NCBI GenBank assembly: GCA_044356215.1
Contig: JBIKWQ010000039.1
Span: 1-31,104 of the forward strand
Length of the DNA stretch: 31,104 bases
Direction: 5' to 3'
Origin: Bdellovibrionota bacterium
GTDB taxonomy: Bacteria > Bdellovibrionota_C > UBA2361 > OMII01
Of this stretch, positions 1 to 7,238 are shown piece after piece. Under the pieces are notes generated by a model that did no database searches, was not told the origin of the DNA, and was given only the letters and a program-made list of their open reading frames with translations. Made by a program: the position numbers and the translations under genes. Positions within the stretch are counted from its first letter, which is position 1. Each line of letters opens with the position of its first letter.

Positions 1-134
1 TGGACGCAGAGCACACACACACCGCCATTTTTATGGCAAATTTTGGGTTTTTCTCTGTGTCCTCTGCCTCCTCTGTGGTAAAAAATATTTTACTAATTGT
101 CTCCGTAACTTACCAAAAACACTGCGACGCCCTA
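1..134. mobile_element. Family A MITE/REP-like palindromic element, copy 1 (truncated by window start)
   Basis: 51-94 matches 3477-3520 at 43/44 nt. The copy ends in ACTGCGACGCCCTA (121-134), the exact reverse complement of TAGGGCGTCGCAGT at 3398-3411 and 30987-31000. Confidence 0.8.
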
Positions 135-219
135 TAGATATCTGAGATTATTGAAATAATACGATTTAGCGAACCTATCTCAAGGGGCTCGCATCGATTA
201 TGGGTAGCAGGTAGTAATC

Positions 220-960
220 ATGTCACTCAGTATCAAGGTACGTAAGTTCATTCTTTCAGGGGCTCTTAATCAGGCAGTCTGTGCCCTAATCGTTCTGACC
301 CAAATAGGAGGACATAGGCCAACAACTTATTCGCGGTTTGCGAGTAGAGACGCCGTGTCGCCAATAAAGGTACCTAGCGCGACTAGCAGAGAGCTTGAGT
401 TTGGGGCGCATGACAAAGTTGAGTTCATCTCTCACCTCATATCTAGAGACATCCCTAAAAACCAAGATGCTTTATCTATCGCTAAGCTAATTGTTAGCGA
501 GAGCGACAAGCACGATGTCGATCCGCTCTTAGTCACATCGATTATTCGTGCCGAGAGTATGTTTAGACATACAGCTAGATCTAATAGAGGCGCCCTGGGG
601 CTTATGCAGATCATGCCAAGCACCGGAGCTTACTTAGCTAAAACAATCGCTGACGACTCCATTTCAACTAGCGATCTTAAAGACCCAGAGATAAATATCA
701 GGCTCGGTGTTTATTACGTCGCGCGGCTTTTATCTCGGTATCAAGGCGATCACAATCACGCGCTAGTTGCTTATAACTGGGGGCCATCAAATCTAGCTCG
801 AGCTAAGAGCCAAAACTTAAACTATCCAGAGGAATCGGTAACGTACGCCAACAAGGTTCTTAAAAGTTACAACGAATGGTCGCGTGAACTAGCTCAATAC
901 AAAGCTGCTCGATACGCGATAGCGCTGGTTAATCAATTAGGCGCTATTGGTCGCGCTTAA
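220..960 (+). CDS. Lytic transglycosylase, SLT domain
   Basis: SLT motifs: IIRAES (catalytic Glu), GALGLMQIMPSTG, NIRLGVYY, ALVAYNWG; hydrophobic N-terminal segment. Confidence 0.92.
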   Translation: MSLSIKVRKFILSGALNQAVCALIVLTQIGGHRPTTYSRFASRDAVSPIKVPSATSRELEFGAHDKVEFISHLISRDIPKNQDALSIAKLIVSESDKHDVDPLLVTSIIRAESMFRHTARSNRGALGLMQIMPSTGAYLAKTIADDSISTSDLKDPEINIRLGVYYVARLLSRYQGDHNHALVAYNWGPSNLARAKSQNLNYPEESVTYANKVLKSYNEWSRELAQYKAARYAIALVNQLGAIGRA

Positions 961-970
961 GCGGAAAAAT

Positions 971-1516
971 CTACCGACCCACTAAGTTCTCGCGCTCTAG
1001 GAATAGGCTCTTATCGATCTTAACAAAAACGTTCTGATAATAATTCGGATCCTCAATCAACTGAATATCCATCGGAACACCGTAGTTATCGAGGGTCTTA
1101 CGTTGAAATATTAACCGCACGTTAGTGCTGTTGCCGACCTTGGTTAGAGTACCAGAGCAATCGATCTGTGATGAGTTGCGCCAACGTTGTTGTTGATTTC
1201 CCCACATGCCGACACCGCCGAATCCACCGAATATATCAACCCCCGGCATTCCACCACCTGAGACCTCAGCGTCCTTGGTAGCTTGAATAAAGCCCAGGTC
1301 CTTATCGGCATTCTTTATAATAAATCCCTCATCTAGAAGCGCGTTTATCACAGCTCTCATCGCTGTAACAAAATCCTTGTTCTCGTAAGATCTACTCTGT
1401 AGCTGTCTAAGTTGAAGCTGCGTTAGCTGCGGCTTTGGTGGACTCATCTGACAGGCGCTAAAGCTAAATAGCGCGCAGATTAGAGCAAACGATATTACGG
1501 GTCGCGCTATACGCAT
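971..1516 (-). CDS. Putative lipoprotein of unknown function
   Basis: Basic N-terminus, hydrophobic stretch and lipobox-like FSAC; starts 2 nt after the stop of the upstream lipoprotein gene (likely operon). Confidence 0.75.
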   Translation of the reverse strand: MRIARPVISFALICALFSFSACQMSPPKPQLTQLQLRQLQSRSYENKDFVTAMRAVINALLDEGFIIKNADKDLGFIQATKDAEVSGGGMPGVDIFGGFGGVGMWGNQQQRWRNSSQIDCSGTLTKVGNSTNVRLIFQRKTLDNYGVPMDIQLIEDPNYYQNVFVKIDKSLFLERENLVGR

Positions 1517-1518
1517 AA

Positions 1519-1941
1519 CTAAAACTTTGTAGAGTGATAAGTGAAGTTAGACACGCGTCTTTCGTCATCAAACTTGATAACTACAGTTAATGTGCGCTGC
1601 GTTGTCGCTGATGCGCCAGCCTGCTTATTAGAACCGGCTAGTAATATAGTCCACCCACCCGAATCAGATGAGCGTGAGGCCTCTGTGGCGATCTTGTCGT
1701 AGATCCAGGTCTCGTTTCCGTTATCTTCACGGGTAACGATATTTGGCGAACCAAGGGAGGACGCCACATCGCTCTGGCTCATTCCGTAACGGATATCCTT
1801 CTGCACTAGACCGACGGTGAGATCTCTGTCTCGCGAGGAGTGTAGCGCCGCTACGTGATCGGCCGCCGACATACACCCCGAAACCTGCACGCACGCGAGC
1901 GCCAAAGAGATAGTTGTAAATGAGAGAAACAAACGATTCAT
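1519..1941 (-). CDS. SmpA/OmlA (BamE-like) domain lipoprotein
   Basis: Start reassigned to ATG 1941 (GAGG RBS upstream); lipobox VSGC; IRYGMSQSDVASSLGSPN...ETWIY...VIKFDDERRV is the SmpA/BamE-like pattern. Confidence 0.78.
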   Translation of the reverse strand: MNRLFLSFTTISLALACVQVSGCMSAADHVAALHSSRDRDLTVGLVQKDIRYGMSQSDVASSLGSPNIVTREDNGNETWIYDKIATEASRSSDSGGWTILLAGSNKQAGASATTQRTLTVVIKFDDERRVSNFTYHSTKF

Positions 1942-2076
1942 TTTAAATCCTCGACTAAATGTCAGAACGGCCAACGCTTCTTACCTCTTATTATGCGCTC
2001 TTTTTTAAAGGGAGCACAACTGGAGCGTTGTTTCCAAGCTGCGGTACTGTTAGTTATCAGATACTATATCGCAATT

Positions 2077-3384
2077 ATGGCAACAGCGGTGGTTAAAAGC
2101 ATAGGTTTAATGAGTGGTACCAGTATAGATGGTGGTATCAGTGTGGCTTTAATCTCCACTGACGGAGAAAGCGAAGTTAATAGGTTAGCCTCACTTGAGT
2201 ACATCTATGAGCCAGGATACCTAAACCCGCTTAGACAGATTCACCACGCCACTAAAGCTGGCGAGCTTGCTTACCGAGCGGCTAAAGGCGACCACGAGGG
2301 AGCTAGTCGCGCTTATCCGGAAGCCCTAAAGAGATACTGCGAAGAGACCTTCAACTCGCTGACTAAAGCCCAAGTGGCAAACAAGATAACTGAGATCACT
2401 GACGCTTTTCTTAAAGTTACCCCTGGACACTCGCGGCTAACACTTGAGGCGGTGATAGATAAATCAACCAGGTTACATGTCGAGGCGGTAGAGGCCTTAA
2501 TCCAACAGGAATCGATCCAACGCCAAGAGATTGCCTTTATCGGATATCACGGGCAAACCCTCTTTCACGCCCCGTTTGATCGGATCACTGTTCAGGTGGG
2601 CAACCCTAAGTTTATTGCGGACAGAACGGGGATCCCGGTTGTTTATGATTTCCGATCTAATGATGTCGCGCATGGTGGACAGGGAGCGCCGTTAGCCCCT
2701 ATTTACCACCTAGCTTTAGCAAAGCAAGCGGGGCTCGAGGGGATAGCGGTTTTAAATCTCGGCGGAACAGCTAATTTAAGTTTAGTTTTAACTCAAAGTG
2801 AGTCGCCGCTGGCTTTTGATACAGGTCCGGCAAACGCGCTTATAGATCTCTGGGTCAAAGAACGTTTAGATCGATCTCACGATATTGATAGTGAGTTAGC
2901 TCTTAAAGGCACGATAAATCAAGCGGCTCTCGATGCGCTACTAAAGAGCGCGATCATCTTACCCGATGGAAGAAACTACCTAGATATTTTACCCCCCAAA
3001 TCGCTTGATATTAGGGATTACAACTTTAAAGTGCCTGAGTTCCTAAAGCTATCTGTTGAAGATGGTTGCGCTACACTTAATGCCTTTACAGCGGAGTGTG
3101 TGGTAAGAGGTTTACAGTACGCCAAGGCTATCCCTAAGCGGTGGGCAGCATGTGGCGGTGGAGTTAAGAATCTGCACCTTCTTAAAACTTTAACGAGAAG
3201 AGTTAAAGAAGTTTACGGCCTAGACATAGAGCTTACCTCCGCGGACGCTCTTGGCTGGAGCAGCGCCGCGATGGAAGCTGAGTTATTCGCGTTCTTGGCT
3301 GTCAGATCAGCTCGTGGGTTGCCGATAACTTTTCCAAGCACTACGGGGGTGACGGAGCCTATGACTGGGGGGAGGCTAGCCTAG
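2077..3384 (+). CDS. anmK: Anhydro-N-acetylmuramic acid kinase
   Basis: IGLMSGTSIDG, IGYHGQTLFH, DFRSNDVAHGGQGAPLAP, LNLGGTAN, FDTGPANALID, CGGGVKN, EAELFAFLA, TFPSTTG. Start placed at ATG 2077 (ORF track starts at 1993). Confidence 0.95.
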   Translation: MATAVVKSIGLMSGTSIDGGISVALISTDGESEVNRLASLEYIYEPGYLNPLRQIHHATKAGELAYRAAKGDHEGASRAYPEALKRYCEETFNSLTKAQVANKITEITDAFLKVTPGHSRLTLEAVIDKSTRLHVEAVEALIQQESIQRQEIAFIGYHGQTLFHAPFDRITVQVGNPKFIADRTGIPVVYDFRSNDVAHGGQGAPLAPIYHLALAKQAGLEGIAVLNLGGTANLSLVLTQSESPLAFDTGPANALIDLWVKERLDRSHDIDSELALKGTINQAALDALLKSAIILPDGRNYLDILPPKSLDIRDYNFKVPEFLKLSVEDGCATLNAFTAECVVRGLQYAKAIPKRWAACGGGVKNLHLLKTLTRRVKEVYGLDIELTSADALGWSSAAMEAELFAFLAVRSARGLPITFPSTTGVTEPMTGGRLA

Positions 3385-3397
3385 TAAATAGATCCGA

Positions 3398-3559
3398 TAG
3401 GGCGTCGCAGTTCTTTATCACCACAGAGGACGCAGAGGACACAGAGAACAGCCATTTTATGGGCAATTATGGAGTTTTCTCTGTGTCCTCTGCGTCCTCT
3501 GTGGTAAAAAATATTTTACTCATTATCCCAGCAGCTCACCAAAAACACTGCGAGCCCTG
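3398..3559. mobile_element. Family A MITE/REP-like palindromic element, complete copy 2
   Basis: Left TIR TAGGGCGTCGCAGT (3398-3411); degenerate right TIR ACTGCGA-GCCCTG (3547-3559); internal perfect 29-bp inverted repeat 3420-3448 / 3477-3505; no ORF. Confidence 0.82.
3420..3505. repeat. Perfect 29-bp inverted repeat with 28-nt loop
   Basis: ACCACAGAGGACGCAGAGGACACAGAGAA and TTCTCTGTGTCCTCTGCGTCCTCTGTGGT are exact reverse complements; the arms have 9-nt periodicity (CACAGAGGA/CGCAGAGGA/CACAGAGAA). Confidence 0.97.
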
Positions 3560-3676
3560 TGGATCGGAAAACAGGTTAGGTTAGCTTAAGCCTCTGTGAT
3601 ACGCTCTGCTACGCGGTTGCGAAAATCTATATAGCAACCAACCCTCAAAATTTGTGAACTATTACAAACTATATTT

Positions 3677-4156
3677 ATGTTAAACGTTAATACTAGTCCC
3701 GAGCAGATCCTAGGACTGCGCTCTATGAATCCCGAACTCGCTGCTATCGACGCACCCTGGCGCGAGAAGTTAACTAGTGCGACTCCCGATGAAAATGTGG
3801 GAATCAGGCACGCGGCTTTGGAAGGTAATGAGCAATGGCGCGAGCACGTAGCTTCTATCCAAGTAAGAGTCGGCTGCCATTTTCATAAAACCGGGAATGA
3901 GGATTACTCAATCGTTCAAGGCTCCGGGGTAATGCACTTTGGAAAGGTTGCAACAATTGACGGCAAACCCACTGTCACGTCCTGGCTTAAACTTGATGTA
4001 AAAACTGGAGATGCTTTTACTATTCCAGAGGGATACGCGCATCAATTAGTGAGTACTGGGGAAAAAGAGCTAGTTATCGTTTTCGCCTGCCCGGACTCGC
4101 AACTAAACGACTCGCAGGATCGAACTATCATCGCGAATGCTTCGGGAGTTTTGTGA
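3677..4156 (+). CDS. Cupin domain protein
   Basis: Cupin motif 1 CHFHKTGNEDYSIVQGSG and motif 2 GDAFTIPEGYAHQL (metal-binding H, H, E, H). Confidence 0.88.
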   Translation: MLNVNTSPEQILGLRSMNPELAAIDAPWREKLTSATPDENVGIRHAALEGNEQWREHVASIQVRVGCHFHKTGNEDYSIVQGSGVMHFGKVATIDGKPTVTSWLKLDVKTGDAFTIPEGYAHQLVSTGEKELVIVFACPDSQLNDSQDRTIIANASGVL

Positions 4157-4165
4157 GATCTACAC

Positions 4166-6211
4166 TCATCTGTCTAACCTGCCGAGCACTATTATCTCTG
4201 AGATAAATTGCTCTCCGCTATCTGGTATCGGCTTAATCGATAATTTATGCGTCCCCTCGGCCAGATCTCCAACACTGAGCCACGACACGTCCTGGGTCGT
4301 GGTTACTACATCTTCCCGCGTTGTTTCGAGCGCTACGCCGTCTAAAGATACCGAAACCTTAGCTAACAGACCCTCTCCATTACGGAAAAAGAGCTGGCTG
4401 TTGCGGCTCTCTTGATCCAAATTGAACTCGATATCAATCCCCCCCTTACTCACCATACGCTCTCTTAATGTTGGGCTTCCATATGAGCCGCGTATGTATT
4501 CATTAACCACACGAGTATTTGTAGTATACGGGTCAGAGGATTTAGATATGAACTGGTCACTAACAAAATCGCTATTTCGCCACATTAACCACCAAAAACT
4601 ACCACCTCTGCTAGGTACATTCTCTACACGCCATTTCGGATCAGCAAACATCAACTCAGGCGGCTTCGTCTGGCTGACCATTACCGCTGGCAAATCTAGT
4701 TTCTCAATCATCTGCCGAGTGGATTCAAATCCTGCCCTGCGCACCCCGATTATCTCACCACGCCGCTCCTTAATATCTCTGGCGCTATACCTCATCCACC
4801 GCGCGGTGTTAACTATCGTCTCCTGGTCGTCAACTATAAAGACCGGGGCGTTATGAACGGATTTATCAATCTGTGAGATAAAAACAGCGGGACCTTCGGG
4901 CGAATCGAAAAAAGCTCGCGCATAGAGGAAATTCTGCCAAAACAAAGAGCCGAGGACCGCGACCATGATCGACCAGGCGGCCGTATTAGGTAGCTTCCAT
5001 CGCAGGAGTTTTAGAAGCTCGAAACAGAATACAGCTATAAAAAAACCTTGAGATAGTCCCAGTAAATTAGAACGAGCCCTTGTGGCCGTTACGGCGATCA
5101 GCAGCACAGAATAACTGACTAACCCAACTATGAAGATCAGCCCGTAACTTCTTCTAAAGATCCGCGATAGCGATATGCACACGCCCAGAACGAAGGGAAC
5201 CGCTAATGCCCCCAACTCAAATGTGGGGTCTCTAACCGCCGCGCCGAATATGCTCTCAGAGATAAACTTCATATTCCTCGAGATTATCTCTATAGCGTTG
5301 TCATAGTAGCCTCTCTTTAAAGGATCATTTTGAACCCAGAAGCGGAAGTAGTTACCAAAAAGGTGCTCTCCGCGACCTTTCATCGAGCCCATTACGACAC
5401 TCCAGTTAAGAAGCTGCGGTATCAAAAGCAGGGTCGCGCTAACAACTGTCACTATAGTTGGAAGCACATAGGCGCTAATCCTTCGTGACGTTAATATCGC
5501 CAATAATAACCATGCTAGGACCGCTGCCCCCAAGAGCCTAATATTCGCGATGCCGTATCCTAAGAGGGGGATAGCGATACCTAAAAGAAGGGCGTTTACA
5601 AACCGCGGCCTCGCCAAGAAGCTAAGCGCGCGATCGATAAAAAAGAGTAAAAGCAGGATCGAGAATCCAAAGATCCCCTCATGGCGCGCCACATATAATG
5701 ACAGAGGAAGCGCGCTGTATGAAACCAACGCAAATAATCCAAAAGCCGGTCCGAGCAGAGCCCTTCCAACTCGAAACACCAGAATTAAACTTATCCAGGC
5801 TGCCGAGGCGCATGCGAAGCGGCCAACTAATAGAAGCGATTGATCCGAGAGAATCATCTGATGAGTTAGGTGCCAGAGCACAAAAGCTACCGATAGACCG
5901 CACTCCTCTTGGGTCATCTCGTGAAGCAGGGTCAGGTCTTTTAATGAGAGAAATCCCGCCGCCAGATGTCTCGCGTTAAAGATAGCCTGCATGCCGAAGG
6001 CGTTTAGATATCCCGGGAATTCAGTCAACCTATGGATGTAAACAAACGCGTTAATGATTAGAACTAACGCCACCGCTAAATAGATTCCGCAGCTCGTCTC
6101 CTGGCTGTCGGAAGGATTGACGAGTCCGCTACCCGCGTTTTTGCTGAACCTAAGTAAACGCATCTTAAACGTTATTGCTGTATAATTTTCTTGGTAGTCA
6201 CTCCCAAACAA
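4166..6211 (-). CDS. GT-C fold (ArnT/PMT-like, GT39/GT83) membrane glycosyltransferase with soluble C-terminal domain
   Basis: About 10-12 hydrophobic segments; 'VGRFACASAAWISLILVFRVGRALLGPAFGLFAL...SALPLSLYVAR' fits the PMT_2/ArnT pattern; alternative start ATG 6163. Confidence 0.7.
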   Translation of the reverse strand: MFGSDYQENYTAITFKMRLLRFSKNAGSGLVNPSDSQETSCGIYLAVALVLIINAFVYIHRLTEFPGYLNAFGMQAIFNARHLAAGFLSLKDLTLLHEMTQEECGLSVAFVLWHLTHQMILSDQSLLLVGRFACASAAWISLILVFRVGRALLGPAFGLFALVSYSALPLSLYVARHEGIFGFSILLLLFFIDRALSFLARPRFVNALLLGIAIPLLGYGIANIRLLGAAVLAWLLLAILTSRRISAYVLPTIVTVVSATLLLIPQLLNWSVVMGSMKGRGEHLFGNYFRFWVQNDPLKRGYYDNAIEIISRNMKFISESIFGAAVRDPTFELGALAVPFVLGVCISLSRIFRRSYGLIFIVGLVSYSVLLIAVTATRARSNLLGLSQGFFIAVFCFELLKLLRWKLPNTAAWSIMVAVLGSLFWQNFLYARAFFDSPEGPAVFISQIDKSVHNAPVFIVDDQETIVNTARWMRYSARDIKERRGEIIGVRRAGFESTRQMIEKLDLPAVMVSQTKPPELMFADPKWRVENVPSRGGSFWWLMWRNSDFVSDQFISKSSDPYTTNTRVVNEYIRGSYGSPTLRERMVSKGGIDIEFNLDQESRNSQLFFRNGEGLLAKVSVSLDGVALETTREDVVTTTQDVSWLSVGDLAEGTHKLSIKPIPDSGEQFISEIIVLGRLDR

Positions 6212-6258
6212 GCTAGTAATTTATCTCCGCATTCGCAACTCCTGTTCGCTCCTTTAGT

Positions 6259-6515
6259 TAGGGAAGACCGGCAAAACCCCTCCCTACTGCGAAAGCGGAT
6301 CTTGAGCTGCTCTTCAAGTTTTCGAGATGGAAAAAAATCCTCAATGTATCACAGTGGATACACTTCCGACCTTCGCTAAAGCTACGGCCGGCGAGATAAT
6401 GTAGGACCGGACGTAGCCTTGGCGGAGTCTGGTGCGGTTTTTTCCCATCGCGAAAATTGAATATCAACTCAACCTCCACTTTCTCGCTACGGGTAGGTTT
6501 TACCGGCCTTCCCTA
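6259..6515. mobile_element. Family B MITE-like nested palindromic element
   Basis: 20-bp TIRs TAGGGAAGACCGGCAAAACC (6259-6278) and GGTTTTACCGGCCTTCCCTA (6496-6515), 18/20 complementary. Imperfect pairing continues to ~6343/6433. Two internal hairpins. Confidence 0.78.
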
Positions 6516-6566
6516 GTAGACTAAGGCGAAAACTGGGGATATCTTTGGACTCCACTAAAAAATCCG

Positions 6567-7238
6567 GTGAGCAGTCACGGTTTACCAAATATGATTAATC
6601 AATCCCTTTCAAATAAATCGCGCGATGGAGATAGGCGCCGCCTCACGGCTTTAAATCCGCTCAGAGATGTAGCTACTCTTATAAGCCTCACGTTCCCGGG
6701 GATCGTTATCTTTATAGCTCTCTTCTGGGTTGGATTTTTAAAGCAAAGCAGTCCGATTCTTATGTATCGCGGTATATCAATAGCTATCGCCGCGGCTGCG
6801 CTTCAGATCGTTTTCTTATCGAAGGCATGGCGCGCTTCTCGCTACCACTCAAGCGCTAAATCTCCCCTTATAACTGCCGCTACGGCACTAGCCTTCGCTT
6901 TTAATATAGCTTTTCTAATCGTGGTTCCCGTAACCGTCGACAGATCGGTGACGGTGTTTCTTTTAGGTCAGATCTCGCACGCACCTAACGGGATTAGCGC
7001 CGCAGAGCTGCGCCTGGCTCTCGTGAATAAGTACGTCGATCAGTACGATGCTGTAGATCGACGCATGCGCGAGCAGTCTCTAAGTGGTAATGTTGAGGCC
7101 AAAGGTGAGCTCTACAAGCTAACGGCGCAGGGTACGCGATTTATTAGATTTAGTCGCTTTGTTGGCTCGATATTTGGCGCCGACCTGCGCTATGTAACGG
7201 CGGAGTCACCTGAAAATAAGACAAACGAGTCCAATTGA
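6567..7238 (+). CDS. Membrane protein (about 3 TM) with possible winged-helix-like C-terminal domain
   Basis: Three hydrophobic segments, then PVTVDRSVTVFLL and RRMREQSLSGNV...YKLTAQG; likely start ATG 6591; abuts the downstream GT-C gene. Confidence 0.7.
   Translation: MSSHGLPNMINQSLSNKSRDGDRRRLTALNPLRDVATLISLTFPGIVIFIALFWVGFLKQSSPILMYRGISIAIAAAALQIVFLSKAWRASRYHSSAKSPLITAATALAFAFNIAFLIVVPVTVDRSVTVFLLGQISHAPNGISAAELRLALVNKYVDQYDAVDRRMREQSLSGNVEAKGELYKLTAQGTRFIRFSRFVGSIFGADLRYVTAESPENKTNESN

Noticed and set aside
180..200. TCAAG...ATCGATTA as a sigma-28 promoter for the SLT gene
   Set aside because: The spacer is only 8 nt, far from the required ~15.
3420..3505. CRISPR repeat or simple rho-independent terminator
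   Set aside because: The units are inverted rather than direct with spacers, and there are no cas genes. The 29-bp stem with a 28-nt loop is part of a larger repeated element, though it could terminate transcription incidentally.
6191..6479. Short ORFs 6191-6379 (+) and 6258-6479 (-)
   Set aside because: They are translations of the palindromic family B element, with no recognisable protein features.
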